A DNA stretch of 64,000 nt from Amphiscolops sp. MND2022. Lineage: Eukaryota. The stretch is taken from assembly GCA_964187785.1 (NCBI GenBank), contig OZ076413.1, positions 41,790,001-41,854,000 of the forward strand. Reading direction: 5' to 3'. This document shows positions 24,301 to 38,933 of this stretch, piece after piece. The translations under genes and the position numbers were made by a program. The notes beneath the pieces are model-generated. The model was not told the origin of the DNA. It made no database searches and saw nothing but the letters and a program-made list of their open reading frames with translations. Positions within the stretch are counted from its first letter, which is position 1. Every line of letters begins with the position of its first letter.

Positions 24301-26951
24301 ATACAACACGGCGCAGAATGACTCCGAACAGTTCCAAAATCATTACAAATGACCAAACGGGTCGGAAGTCCTCAAGTGAGGAATCGAAGAGGAAAGGGAG
24401 AACGAAACAACATCAAAAAATAGGTCGAATTCCTCGAAACTTACCGAAAGGTACAAAAAGGTTAGGCAAATAAATTTTTGGCACTAAGCGACTTTTGTCA
24501 AAATTTCTATGCACTAGAGAGTCATTCTGTTTACGTAAATGTTTGGACTTAGAAAAATGCGCTTTGCAATCTCAAAAGCACCTTTTTAGGTGGTTTTGGC
24601 CTTGTTTTTTTTCTGCACGGAATTGAACCCAAAGAAGGGGTCTCCTCTATTTATTTGATGGGAAACTTTTTTCCAAGCCTGAAGATGCACACGATGAATT
24701 TTCTAAACATCTCACTGGGACTTGAGTTTCATCAAACAGTCCTCCAGGGCGGTAGTGTGCACCCGAGTCGACCCTCTTACTAGCATCTTGGCTGCCTTGG
24801 CAAGATCTTACCAAATTCTTACTATATCTTGGCGACCATGGAACCCATGGCAAGATTTTTAATAAGATCTTACTAAGATAAGATATTACGCAATGGACAA
24901 AATTCTATGATTATAAAAAACACTATGCCTTCGGCACAAGCAGCCGCGACTCAATCTGAAGCCTCATTTCACCCCACAACGACTATTTTTACTCGTTTTC
25001 ATAATCAAAATGCTTCAACCCGCTCAAATAAATTTGCATGCAAAAATGTGCGAAAAATTACGATAACGTATTCTGCCAGTGGCTTCCGAAAATCTGTCGA
25101 GAATCTTAATAACTCCTCACCTGTTTAAGACTGAGAAATGCGAATGTACCAAATGAAAGCACATTTCAAGGATTTGGAAAACTTGTAACTTATCACTCCT
25201 GTCGATTCCAGAGACGGAGAAAAATGGTCTCAAACGTCCAAAGCCACTATCAGAAAAATACACAGAGAACACTAAGTAATCCGGAAATTTTTTGGAAATT
25301 CATATTTCCATCTTCATTTGAACCTGTTTCAGCAGCCGTAAAACTGCCGGAAATGGTGATCATTGTCCCGGTTAGGGCAATGATTTAGTTCGAGGCTTTT
25401 CCGACGCCGTAGTTAGCGACGGTTTTACAGTTGATAGAACAATTTAATCAGTGCATCAAATAAACAGCATAGGGACTCCTCAATCAAATTTTATACCTTG
25501 CTAACAGAAAATTCTAATGTCTAAAAATATAAATCTGCAAAAAGGTTGATTTTTGTTGACATCCTTCCAGATTTTTTTTTGGCCAAATTGGATTTTACAG
25601 TAAAATTTTTCTTGAGAACATGGCTCTCCTGATAAAATCTTACCATGACATTCTTTGCAATATTTTGGCAAGATCTTAGCTACGATTTTTCCAAGATCTT
25701 GGCAAGATCTTGCTAAGATCTTACTAAAGATATCTGACCTCAAATTATACTATTGTTTTGATAAAACGGGTCTTGCCGAGGATAATGTGGGATTCAAATT
25801 CAAGCGTTTCGGAACTTCTGCGTTTTCAAAAATGAAGTAAAAGGTCATTGTTTTTAATATAACCTGTATAACAATAGGCTGTGGAAGTTTTAATTTTAAA
25901 TGGCTATTTTGGAACCATATATACATTATTCCTCGTTTTCTTTCAAACAACAATTGAGGTTTGAAACTCTCCAGTTTTCACAGAAGGCATTTGGTGAGAG
26001 TATACAGAAAACATCGCAGTGCCACTGCGCGTTTTCTCTCACACAATTTGTTCAAAGCGCACTTTGGAAATTTTATTTCGCCAGCAAGCTTAGACAATTT
26101 TTGCTGTGAGCCGAATTAGCTTTTCCAGCTGATTCTATCTTAGAGTGAAATGAAACAAGTCGAAATTCTCTCTTTTTCTTAGCTGGTGTTTCTCTCCTCG
26201 TTTGCCACCTTTTGATGATGTTATGCATTTACAGCTGTTTTGGCAATCTACACGCAAGGTTTTGTGCGAGCACTTGAATCGCAAGGAAAACACATTGAGA
26301 CCACACCTTCCCCCTACACAAGCAACAACCAAGACCTTCACGTGACCTTTGACCCGGCACACGCGCCCTTGACCTTCTACAAGACGACTACCATAGTGCT
26401 TTACTGCCTCACTGCCATATTTGGAGTAACCATTCTAATGATGCTATGGAGACTAAGACGACAAGTTCGCTTTTTTCCAAAGTTTCAAGCAAAGCTTTTT
26501 TCATGTACTGTCTTCGTGACATTGGATTCACAATTTAATTGAATGGTTAATTATTAAATCGACGACTGACGCTTTAACGACATTAAATGATTTTTATTTT
26601 TGAAAAAAAAACAAAGAGCATGTATTTTTGTTCGCAACACAGCTTGGCGAAATTTTGAAGCAAAAACATTGTCAAGAGGTATGGGTTGGTTTGAAAATAT
26701 TTACCAAAAGTAATTCTTTGGTTCAAAACAAAAAAATAAAGGGGCGTTATTGGAATTGTTACATTGAGAGAAATTGAAGGTAAAAATAGCAATAAAAATA
26801 TAAAATTTTGTTTTTTAAGGTACGAAAAACCCTGGATGTGCCTGGATCCGAGATTAAAGATTTCGCCGTTTCCATATTTTGTTGCCCCTGCAGTTTGTGT
26901 CAGATGGAAAACGAGTTAGCCGCGAGGAGAAAGCCTTACGAAAGATTATAG
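21309..26951 (+). CDS. PLAC8/cornifelin-like gene 2 (exons 21309-21513, 26235-26464, 26820-26951)
   Basis: WTYKLWGCCD..CLFPW N-motif, TM segments, LRRQ|VRKTLDVPGSEIKDFAVSIFCCPCSLCQMENEL; GT-AG sites with consistent phases. Confidence 0.88.
23503..23575 (+). repeat. tRNA-derived sequence (A and B boxes) embedded in repeat; not a convincing tRNA gene
   Basis: tggctcagttggtag ... gggttcgaaccc; acceptor and anticodon stems pair poorly. Confidence 0.55.
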
Positions 26952-29900
26952 AAAAAAAAACAAATCACAAGAAACATGATTGAAACATGACCTTATCAGG
27001 ACGTAGTTTTTCTCTATTACATCATGTGTTGAATATCGGAAAACAAAAATAACTGAGCAAAAGATTTTTTGATTAACGAAAAAGAGATATTTTTGTTTGG
27101 ATCAGCAAATAAAAGATTGATTTGACGAGTTTTGAGCCACAGGGTGAAATTAGCCATGGAAAAAATCCGCTCTTTGCTATTTAGTTGGAGCGTGGTACAT
27201 AAATTGATTTGCCGATCAGAATTGCAGGTGCTTTCACTATTTTAGCAGACTACTAGAAAATGATTTATTACTGAAAAGAGAATTTTCTGCTAACTTTGAT
27301 GAGATATTTCGAAACACTTATTTGCTTTATGCAATTAATCATTCCTATGTCAAATTTTTCAAGCCTTTCGTACTTAGTTGAATAATAAACAATAATTTTT
27401 GATGAATTCCAAACGACAGCATCTTAGGTTTAATAAAATACTTTTGTAAAATGACAACATTGACAAAATTTTTTGATGTGCATCAGGTACAGGCTGCAAA
27501 AAATTTCCCCACGAAGATTTTTGAAACCGAGTGACCCCCCAGCCGGATAAGACAAATTGTTTATTTTTTTCTCAATTTTGCATTAATTTTTTTCATCGAA
27601 TTCAATAGATTATCTGGAGAAATCGACAACAAATTCAAATGATTATATACAAAAATTCAACACAATATTGTTTCATTGCCCCCCCCCCCCAAAAAAAAAC
27701 TAAACTTGACCCTATAACATGATTTGCTTTGGTCTTTTACTTTTTCCTCGTCGAATAAAATCCAAGAGGGTAACGAATCTAAAAATGCTGCCGGGTGAAA
27801 TTTAGGAGAATGTCAGAAAGTGTTGATTTTTAGTAAAATAGATTATCAATACTTGACAGCAGTAGTATACAACTATCACTATTCAAAAGGCGCGGGGAAA
27901 AGAAATTCCCGTAAAAAGTTTTCCAATTATTGAATTCAAATTGGTTTGCTTCTCTTGACTTATACTTGAGCTAATGCGAAATCTTTGATCCCTTCTAGCG
28001 CCCTTTTGGCCGACTGCATTCAAATTTTGTTATGGCTTCAAGAATTATTCAATGATAATGCATTCGAAATTGATGCCAGATGCACCGTGTTTTACTTCGC
28101 GTGCTTTAATTCACTTTAATCCTCCTTCGTCTCTTTAGAGGTGAATTTTGATAGTCTATTTGAAGATATTTTTAGTTCAGGTCTTACAACCGTTAACTTT
28201 CTTGCTCGCTGACTCTTTGTTGATCTAACTACTTTCCATTTATTTTTCCAGCCGAGTGAACTTTTTCGTCAATTCCTTTTCCCACATTGTCGAGATAAAA
28301 TCGATAATTTTGTTTAAAGAACAAGTCAAGTCGATAATAAAGCAACCATAAAATGCAAATTGAAGCATGGGCAACTCGATGTTCGGACAAACTGTTTCCA
28401 GTTCCCGAAGGAACAATTTTAGCAAAAAAATGCAAGATCAATTATTAGTTATGATATCAGCGTGTATGAATTAGCTGCGGGAAACAAAGTAAAAAAACGG
28501 AATTTCTCAGAGAAAGACTTTGAGAGCTTTTCTCAAAGAAATTCGTATCATTAGCTAATGCTTCCAAAATACCTAAATTTAGATCGATTTCTCAGTTTTG
28601 AAAACTGAAAACTTTGAAACCACGTGCCATTGGACCACGGAAATGTCTTTCTTGTTGTGAGTCTCGTAAAGTGGAATACTATGTACCTCACGAGATGATC
28701 GGCTGTCCAAAACTGAAGCATAAAGACTTACTAATGTAACTGTTATGTAACGACAAGCAGTCACCGTCGCTTCTTTCCTTAATAGAGGGAGGTGGAGCAA
28801 CTTATGGAATGGATATGTGCCCGAGACAGGGGCCCATCGCCATAAGTCCACTTTGCCTCTCGAGGTAAAGCATGTCCTGTCAGGAAGTAAGTTCCGCTTC
28901 TGAGGGCCATTTTCTGACATATTTCAGTCTCTTAGTGCTATCGGTGACGAGCATCTTGCTCTTCTCTTCAGGGCCATCGCCTAGATAGCCTTTAAAAACG
29001 TGTAGGTTGGTGCTAATCAGTGAATTACCTTTGATTGGAGGTACGAAAAGCAAAACAAGAAAGAGTATCTCATGAGCTAAGACACGGCAGAATTACGGCA
29101 ATTTACAACACTGTAGTACATTAACGTGTTTGCGGTGAACTTGTCAAGTCCGACATCCTAATTTTCAATGCAGAATTTATGGTTTCTCATACTATGATCA
29201 TATTATGAAGCATGATGGATCTATTTTCATACTATTAAACACAATTAATACAGTATGGTGATAGTTTGAAACATGGTCACAATGATGTCTTGGTATGATC
29301 AGAATCATCGCTTATTTGTAATTCTGGCAATATTGACGGTCCTAATGAGCTGAAAGTGATCGAAAGAAGAAACCCAGTGGTACAACGAATCTTTCTGTAT
29401 ATTCTGTTAAAATGCCTATGGAAAAAATCTGACACCTTCCAGCTTCAATTGTTTGACCAAGAAAAATTATCGGAATATTCTACACTAAAAAGTCCCTACA
29501 AATCTGGTAACTAGTTCATGTGAATTTGTAAATTGTTTTAAAATGACATGTCGAAGAGGCGTAGTGCCCTTGTTTCGTCCTGGCAAGTCCAAAGTTCGAA
29601 TTAACCGCTAACTTGTCGAATATTGCGCGCAATTTTGATGAATATCGCTTACTAAAAAGGAAAAACGTATATAATAAACAAAATGAAAGAGACAATTGTG
29701 TTATTTCAAGCAACCTATAAGTTCGCTAGGTGGCCTCAGATGCTTAAAGAAAAGAAACTTCAAAATCTCCATGTTCAGAATGATTAGTTGATAAGAACAC
29801 GCCTTTTCCGAACCAAACCAAGTTTATCAAAGTTTATCTCTCCTAACTCTATTCTCTCATAGCATCACCATAATTATGTTGGTTCTTCATTTGTTGCAAA

Positions 29901-30501
29901 TACCATTTACTAAATACATTTACTTAACTTTTCTTTATCTTGGTACCTTCAGACTCCACTGGTGAGTATAATACACTTTCAGCTAAATATCGAGTTTGAC
30001 AATAATGTTTTGAGCCCAAAAAAGCGCATACTAGTTCATAAAAGTAAAATATATAAGTATACAATATTGTTACGAGTATACTACACTGAGCACCAATAAA
30101 AAGGAAAAATTGTCCTAAATTGGCCTGATAGTGTTACCGTGATGCGAATCCAGTAGACTCAAGTCCTTAGAAGGATAACTCGAGGATTCCAAGTCTTGGA
30201 CAGGAGAAATCAAGGACACCAAGGAATGAAATTTAAATTCAGTGTAATCTGTTGGAGTAAGATCTGAAATTACTGTAATCTAGTGGAATCAGGTCTAATA
30301 ATCTTGTCGATTACAATCTAAACTCATTGTATCCTAGTGGAAAAGGCCTAAAATCACTCTGGAGATTAGGATCTCAAAAGACTCTATTCTGGGGGCATGA
30401 GATCTAAAACCACTATCCTGTGTAATTGGACCTGAAATCTGTGTATTTTGGTGGAATAAGGCGCGAAATTACTGCATCTTGGAGAAACTCCAGAAAGAAT
30501 G

Positions 30502-31042
30502 AACAAGCCGGGAACGGCCAAAGTCGGCGCCATATCTAAGGCTCAAAATTTAAAAGGGGGACCCTTCGGGCTTTGTGTGAAACTCCAGCTGGTTGCAAAA
30601 AATTTTTAAAAAAATGAAGGGGGACCCTTTGGAGACATGAAAAAATTTCCGAAAAATTTTTTTAATGAGATTTTTGAACAGTGTCACAGTGCCGAAAAAT
30701 GTAAAAGGGGGGACCCTTTGCGATTTTTTGACATTCATTGTTTTGCAAAACATCAAAAAAAATTGAAGGGGGGACCCTTTGGGGAAAAAAAATCAATCCA
30801 AAAAGTTTCAAAAAGTCGCATAGTTCCGAAAAAAGTGGGGATTCTTAGTGTGATTTCGAGGTTGTGGACGTCTGTTTTGTTTTTTCTTTTCGTTTTGGAC
30901 GCTTCTGAGGTTGGAGTTGTTGAGGTTTGAAGTTGTGGAGGTTGTTGAACAAATGAACAAAAAGTGGACCTTTCGTGTCTTAAAAAAAACTACCCACTGT
31001 AATAGTCGGGCACATTTTCTACTAAAATGCGCCGACTAAAAA
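30502..31042 (-). mobile_element. Helentron/DINE-1-like element (clearest copy)
   Basis: aacaagccgggaacggcc aaagtcggcgc ... hairpin agtcgggcacattttctactaaaatgcgccgact then aaaaa. Confidence 0.78.
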
Positions 31043-34000
31043 CAGAGTATTTGCAGCTGTAAACAGCTCGTTTCTTCTACTCGGTGCAAGAACTTTTCGC
31101 AATCAGAACAGCTCCAATTCTCTTCGGCAAACTGGATATTAAGTTTTGGCAGTTGATCACTGGAATAAAGAGCCATTCGCTTTGAACCCATCAGATTTCA
31201 TTCTGTTAAGAGTAGTCTTATCAAGACCGGGTAACATATTAGTTGAATTACTTGAATTATCAGACTTGCTGAAATGGATGGAATAAAACGCCATGGATGA
31301 TCATGGATGAAAAACCATGGTGCCATGGTGCCATGATGATCTTGGATGAAAAGGCCTAAACCTTCATTTATTTTGCAATAGTGATGCTCTCAAGCACAAC
31401 CGGAAGAACAAATAGACTAACATTATGACTTCCAGAAGTAAAAGTGCAAGACATGATGTTAAATCGTGCCAAATTTTGTTTGATATAATTAAAAAGAGTT
31501 GAATCTGATTCAACAATTTAATTTCACGACAATTTGTTGAAAGTTTTCACGATTCTATTTTTTGTTGCTTTCCCATATTTCCGCAGGAATCTTTCTTGTA
31601 AAGAAAATTCGTTTTATTCGAACAGTGTTGACTTGTGTTCGCTGAAATGCATAAATTGCCACAGATTTGCTAAAAGCTTCCGTGGTTAATAAAACATGTA
31701 GTTTTCTGTCATGGATCTTGATGGATGAATCATGGGGCTTATCAGAGCCATAATTCGATTGTAATTCCATGAAAAAGCCATGATCATGGATGAAAAGCCA
31801 AAAATGAGCAATGATGGTCAACCAGGGAACTTTTCAGCAAAGTACTGGCAACGAACTGCCCAGATTTCAACTCGAAGAAATTCTTTATTTTTGATTTAAA
31901 AAAGACTGTGTTTTCGAATTTTAACTCTATTGTTACTTTTTCGTGAATCTTTATATATAACGCTTAATATTTCCAGTGAAAATGTAAGTAAAATTATCAA
32001 GTGTCAAGGTACTTAGGTAATTTTGGTACCCTTTAGATCTCAGCTGAAAGTACCATTCAGATACATTCTATCATTCGACGGAAAAACTGTAATAGTTGGG
32101 CACGTTTTGTACCAATTGCGCCGACTAAAAATTGAGCCAAGCATAAGCTGAGCTGTTCTACAAAGCCCCTCGCCCCAAAAAATTCGAATTAAAAAACCTC
32201 AAGTACTTTTGTAATAACTTACAATATCTGTACATTATATGCAAAAATCCAATTTATTGCTCCTCATGCGTCTCGGAAAAAAATTCGATTGACACGCTGC
32301 TTGAGCTTCCTTTATTTTCTCCCGTCTGTTCGCAAGCTCAATATTGCGCAAATTTTGCGTGCACCAACATTGATGAATGATATAAAAAATCCATGCTTCT
32401 TTCATGTACATGTATGTATTATGATACTAGGCTACGCACGAAATAGTCGGTGACGGGTATAATGAAACATTTCCTCCACCAATACCGAAAATTGCCAAAA
32501 GACGGAGACGTAATTTGATGTTTGTAGGATGCATCCTTTCCTGTGTGCAAGCTAGTGTTTGATAAGGCATGGACATCCATTTCCAACTCGTTTTTCAATA
32601 AATTTCACTCCGGCACTTTTTGCAGTGCTGTTAAGAGCGAAGCTACCCGATCGGTAAGCTCTTATACGGTAGTATTCCTGTGGTTTTCCCGCATTGTAAC
32701 TTCCTTTCTACCAATGTTATATGTTGAAGAAAGCACAATTGAGTCAAAATGCCATTCCTACATGTTCAAATGTGCTGTATTGAACATATAACATGGATAG
32801 AAAGGAAATTCTAATCCCTCCCGGACTGGAGAATACCACAGTGACTGGAGACCAGTGGCCATAACTCTCGCTTTAACTAGAGTTAAACAGCTCCTCTGTT
32901 GTTACCAATTTCTCAAGAGGAATCAACGTTCCGTAAGAAGGGCCTGCTCGGGGAAATCTCCTACGTTGGTTAGTTCAATTCGACCATTTCATTATAAATC
33001 AAATTAAGAGCATTTGTCGCGACCAACATAGGCTCTTTTCTTGTATTCCCATCCAACGCTTGCTTCCGAAATAAGGTCGTTCAATGCTTTCGAAACTGCC
33101 CCCCTTCCCTTGTTTGGGGAGCAAGCCGTTGGGCTTCCTGTTTCATTTGTTCAGAGCTCCCTTCGCTATATTCCGTCATGGAATCTAACATTATGCAGAT
33201 CAACATAACGGTTTTCGGTTCAAAGGTTCGAGCTTTTCGAGTGATGAGATGAATAACTTTAACACTTGGAGTATAGCGTTGAATGATTGGTTGGCGAACG
33301 ACACCAAGGTCAAATCTCTATTCTACGTCATATACTCGTCAACCAATGGAGAAGGTTTGTTTTATTTCCACCGTTAGCAACAACATTTCAAACTGTCAGC
33401 TCATTTCGGTATTTTTTCGACCCAATCAAAATCGTCTCTGTTGCTGCAGACCACAAAAGAACAGGCTTCGAATGTAGAATTTCCTGAATTCCTCCGAAAC
33501 ACACGAGAAAGACACGGCTGGATTATCCAACCGCTGGTGGGAAACGGTCGAGGATTGTAATGTGTTAGTTCCTCGGTAACCTAGGCAACCTGCGACAAAG
33601 TAATTCCTTCTAAATTTGCAGCTAAGCATAAACAGTCTACACACTTTTCGTTGGCTTGCTTCTCTGTAGACATTGACGACTATTTATTTCCTTAAAGACG
33701 TGCATCGTTGCTAGGTGAGTTCTTTATTGAAGTGCGTCTTCTTATCTGATATATTTCAAACTACGGCACCGTGGTCAATGGAACCTACGTTCATAAAGAG
33801 ATTTGGGTTGTCAATATTTCAAAACAATTCCTCCAAATAAAAAGAATTCACTGTCATTTGCTTAAAAAGGGTTTTTGTGGCATACTTCTTGGAATTTCGT
33901 CTTACTTCGTCATATTTCTTGGAATGAATCATAAGGCTTGTTAGAAGTTTTATAGCCCAACTATTGCTTTCAATATTGTAATTGCCGTATAACGTCACCG

Positions 34001-35164
34001 CATTTGGGTTTTTTCCTCAACCCCTTCCCCCTCTGTCGACTAACACAAATTATGTCGCCAGAAAAATGAGGTTGGTAGCCTATGTATTTTGTATTATGTA
34101 TTTGTAATTATTGTAAGATATTGTAAATACGTAATTTGTAAATATGTATTTTTGACTGATGCAAATTTTGTACAAGTTTTCGCTGTTTTCGAAACCACAA
34201 AATCCACAGATTTTACCCACAAAACATTCAGCCCTTTGGATCAGGCTATCTTTTTTTGAGGGGAGAAATCTGAAGTTGAAGAAAAACTTTAAAAAAAAAG
34301 CAGAAAAAGTGTTCAAAACTTTAAATTTTTTATTGTTTTTTCGTTTCCATTTCGATTATCTTCGACGACATGAATTTATTGGCTACGCACTAGCCAAGAA
34401 AAAATATGGTTTTCAAGATTTCAAGATAAATCAGAGCAGAAAACATCCCATAGTTCAGTGAAAGTGTTGTTTACATAGCGCTCAGTACACCAGTCGTAGA
34501 TTTTCATTGATGACTCGTGCATCCCTTCTCTTTGACAAAAATATGAAGGTCTTGCAGTAGTTATCCAGAATTTCGTGGATGATTCTTGTCAGAATGGACT
34601 TTTGATTGAGAAGTAAGAGCGTTAAGTCCGTTCTCTTCTCTAAGATTGGGATATCCTTTTCATTTTTTCAGTTTTGGTAATAGGAAGTAATGCGTTGAGT
34701 AAGTGCTCCAGCTAATGTGGAGATTTCGTGTATTTGTCGATTCGTCTCAGAAAAAGGCGATCAATTTTTATTCGATCATGCATTCTTTCTTGATGTTGGA
34801 ACGATTCAATACCTAGGTGGTCACTTAGACGGTTTGAGAATACATCTGGAAAACTATCCAAGTCAACATAGTTATACTCATTCGTTCGCAACTCCATAAC
34901 CCATTCCTGTTCAATGAGTTATGAAAAATTGTTTAAAAAAGTATTGAATTGTTTGATTGATTTGAATGAAAGAATCAGTGATGATTTTACAGAGTGATTG
35001 ACGTGGTAAGGCACTAGTCGTTATGAACTCAAAACTCTAATGGCCAGCCGGTATGTATCGATATGTTTCAACACAATTTGGTCACGTGACCAAGACACGT
35101 GACTGCAATAACCATACAAACACACTATTCAAACAGTGTGAAAGCGCGCAATGATGGTGTGATA

Positions 35165-36725
35165 CTGGGATGTCAATAAGTTGCGGCGCGATTTACCGCG
35201 ATTTTAGCGCGATTTTCAGCCAATCAGAGAAAAGCGCGAATTTCCGCGAACCAGCGTGATTTTAACCAAAAGTAAACAAGCGGCGGCGGCATTTCAGACT
35301 ATTGTCATTCACACCCGGCGGCGTCCCATGTAATATACGCGTGTTCTAAAATGTCTTCCGACTCTGACTCAGATATTGAGCGACTCCAAACGCATACACC
35401 TCGTTCTGTAGCCCGTGATGTCGCCTCAAAACGACGGAGAATGCATTCTTCGAGCATGACAGCCTCACAAAGAGCTATGAAAGCTAGAAATCAAGATTTC
35501 TATAGCGAGAAAGGAAAACTTTTCTGCAAATTCTGCTGCAAAATCGTTGATCATTCGCGGCAAAGTTCATTAGACAAACACAGGCAGACCGAAAGCCATA
35601 TTGCAAATAAAAGACAACCCCAACGACAGAAATCGATAACAACAGCATTTCTGATACCCAACGAAGCCCGACTAGAAAACGTAAAATTGATAACGGATTG
35701 GGTCAAAATGTGTGCTGGTGCAAATATTCCATTTGTTGCGACCGATAATTCTACTGTACGAAATTTTTTCAAAGAACATGTCGTGTCAGGGGGCGCGATA
35801 CCCAAATCTCATTAACGCCATACCTTGAAGACTGTTACAGTGCAGAGAAACAACGATTGAAAACGTATCTGGAAAAAAAGAAGGTGGCACTTTTTTATGA
35901 CGAAACTTTTGATTCTCGCGATGATGGACGAATATTTGGAGTTACTTTCTGCAGAAATTGATCTGCATTGTACTTTATTGGAAGATTCATTGGGCGAAAT
36001 TTTTTCAGAGTTTACAGAAACTTTCTCGACAGAGGAAAAGCGTGATTTACTGAACAAGCTACAAGCTGCAGGTCAAAAGGCTAGAATTAAATTTTCGAAA
36101 TATTTCGACCCTGAACATGGTGTTCATCCAGCGAATGTTTTTTTGAAAGAAATTCGATTTTTCAATCCAAGAACGTCTTTGGCTTTTGACACTCATCCAA
36201 CACTTTGTGCAATTCCTGATATATCCGAAGTTCCTGGTGGAGAATACATTTTATACCGCCGGCTTGCAAGGCAATATACGGCACCAGAATTTGATCAAGA
36301 CACCGACGTCCTCAAGCAACTTAAAACGGAAATTCAAGCAATTCGAGACTTTTGGACAGCAAATTCGAGATTATTACCCACTCTCGCAAAAATAGCATGG
36401 ACCTACTCCTTTATAATATGTTCTTCCGCCTCTGTTGAGAGAACATTCAGTTACTTCAATAATTTGTACGAGAACGACCGAGAGAGACTCGAGCCAGCAA
36501 CTGTTAAAAAGCTTTTGTTCTTGTACTTTAATGCTACTCGGTTCTAATTTACGTTAATTCAATGTTTTTTGTTCCGCAAATAATTTTTTCTTTAAGCAAA
36601 TTTTTCCGCCAATTAGCGCGAATTCAGAGGAAAACCCGCGATTTTAGCGCGAATTCGCACTAAAATTTGCCGCGAATAGCTCCGCGATTTTTGCCAAAAT
36701 TTAGCGCGAATTTTTGACATCCCTG
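35165..36725 (+). mobile_element. hAT transposon, internally deleted, CGGBP1-like transposase
   Basis: TIRs ctgggatgtcaa / ttgacatccctg; perfect 8-bp TSD gtgtgata; subterminal cgcgatttt/cgcgaatt repeats. Confidence 0.92.
35351..36547 (+). pseudogene. Truncated hAT transposase: CGGBP1-like zinc finger (35351-35815) and hATC dimerisation region (35897-36547)
   Basis: FYSEKGKLFCKFCCKIVDHSRQSSLDKHRQTESH; FW..LPTLAKIA..SSASVERTFS; most of the central catalytic region absent. Confidence 0.85.
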
Positions 36726-37411
36726 GTGTGATAGCACAGTTCCACCAATAGATGGATTTATGCTAAATGACTAACGACTGAGTGGTTTAGTTTTTATAAT
36801 GGTGAAATACAATGCATGTTGAATTAAAATTGAGCTGCAATTAGTGACTGAGTGTTCAGTCGTTATTGATAATAACATGTATCACTGGTAGCAACTCGCA
36901 AGGTAATAAATGTTATGTGCACCTACTGATGGCTGTTCGTTTCAGTCGTGACAGGTTGTTTATACTTGCATGTATCTGACTAAGTCTATTTTTGAACTTC
37001 AGCATCATTTGACGCTCGATTGTTTCAGTTGTGCAAGTTATGCTGTACTCTATGAACTATGTATATCCTACAATCTAAAGGTACATATTGGTAAGATGGT
37101 GACTGAATGTTCCGGCTTTTTGGTTGTTCATTTTTTCGGCCACCACCTTATCTTTGGACGTTTAAAGATATCAGTCGTTGTTTAACAATTACATTATAGT
37201 TTCAAATATAACAAAAAAATTCTCCATTTTGACGACTAATGTTCCTGTCGTTTGTTTATTAGAAGCTACATATATTTCAAAATTTTGTGAAAAATCAGTT
37301 GTTCTTCAGTTCTGAAAAACAACTTTATTTCTCTGACATAATATTCATGCAACTGTGCATGACAAATATGGCCTTCATCCCTTTAGTTTAATTTTACCCA
37401 GCGAAATACCT

Positions 37412-38290
37412 ATCAAGACGAGAACGTCTAAAGTCGGCGCTATATCTAAGGCTCAAAAAGCGCAAAACAGTTTTTTTGAAAAAGAAATCGAAATTCAAGA
37501 AATTTTTTCTCTTTCGAAAAACGTCGCATAGTGCCGAAAAATGTAAAAGGGGGGACCCTTTGGGATTTAATAGCACATTCAGTTGCAAAATATCAAAAAA
37601 CACGGAAGATTTTTTTGAGACATTAAAAAAACAGTCGAAAAAAAATCCGAAGGGGGACCCTTTAGGCTCGTCCGGTTTTGTAGGTTACCTTGAAAAGGGG
37701 GACCCTTTCCACTGGCCGGACTTGACGTTAGTGGTTTCAGGAGTTTCCGTAAAAAGTGGACCAATCAGAGTGAGGTCTGTGGTCTGAAGAACGGAACGGG
37801 AACGTCCCAAGTCAGCGCCATATCTAAGGCACAAAAATATTCAAGGAACAAATATTGGAAACATTTGGAAATTTTTTTTTCAAAAAAGCGTATTTTTATT
37901 TTAAAAAATCGCACAATGCCGTAAAACTAAAAAAAAGCAATTTAGGCTCTTTAAACGTGTTTACAAACCGAAAACTTCAAAAAATGCAAAGGGATACCTT
38001 TTGATAGATTTCGAAAATTTTCGAAAAAAAAGTCACACTGTGCCAAAAAAAACCCAAAGGGGGACCATTTAGTCTCGCCTCTTTTTGGAAGCGTAAAAAA
38101 TTTGTGGTTTGGTGCGAGAATCGATCCCACTATCTCCTGCTTCTCAGAAAATTGGTTGAACAAATGAACATAACATCGTTAAAAAGTGGACCATTCAGAG
38201 TGAGATTGTCAGCTGAAAAAAAACTACAGCTGAAAAGAAAAAAAGCAATAGTCGTGCTTTTTCCTTAAGGAAAAAGGCGCCGACTAAAAA
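37412..38290 (-). mobile_element. Two nested or tandem Helentron/DINE-1-like elements
   Basis: Two 3'-type ends (near 37412 and 37790) and one 5'-type end gcgccgactaaaaa near 38290. Confidence 0.7.
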
Positions 38291-38530
38291 CAGGTCTTTG
38301 AAAAAAATAACACAATAAAGTTGAGTGTGATATGCAGATTTCAGACTGCAGATATTTGATAAGCGTCTGAGCAAATTGGTACGAAGACATCAGAGAGTCG
38401 TAGATAAATACTCTCTAAAGACGAAACAGACATTCAAGTTGCGATGTAATGATATTGATACAGAAGATCACTTAACTTTTTTGTTACGCATAGTTATGAT
38501 TGAACACTACCGAGTTCTATCGGGTTTTTA

Positions 38531-38933
38531 TTAGTTGGCGCATTTTAGTAGAAAATAAGCCCGACTCTTACAGAGGGTAGTTTTTTTTACTCGCGTAAGG
38601 TCCACTTTTTTGTTCATTAGTTCAACAACTTGAACTATGGAGGTTCAAAACATCCAAAAAGCGCGTCCAAAACGAAAAAAAACACGTCCAGAGCCTCGAA
38701 AACACGCCCTTAGCCCCACTTTTTTTCTGTCCCCCTTTTACATTTTTCGGTACTGTGACACTCTTCAAAAATCTCATTTCATATTTTGAAAAATTTCCAA
38801 AGGGATCTCCTTTTCATACTTTGCTACAAACTGGAGTATCTAAAAGCTCAAAGGGTCCACCTTTTTAAAATTTTTAAAACCGTGCTTTTTGAGTCTTTGA
38901 TATATCGCCGACTTTGGCCGTTCCCGGCTTGTT
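38531..38933 (+). mobile_element. Helentron/DINE-1-like element
   Basis: agttggcgcattttagtagaaaataagcccgact ... cgccgactttggccgttcccggcttgtt. Confidence 0.75.

Noticed and set aside
24755..25740. caagatcttg-rich segments (also 48450-48710) and ccatgg-rich segment 31280-31830 as classified elements
   Set aside because: Repeat-like, but termini and superfamily could not be supported.
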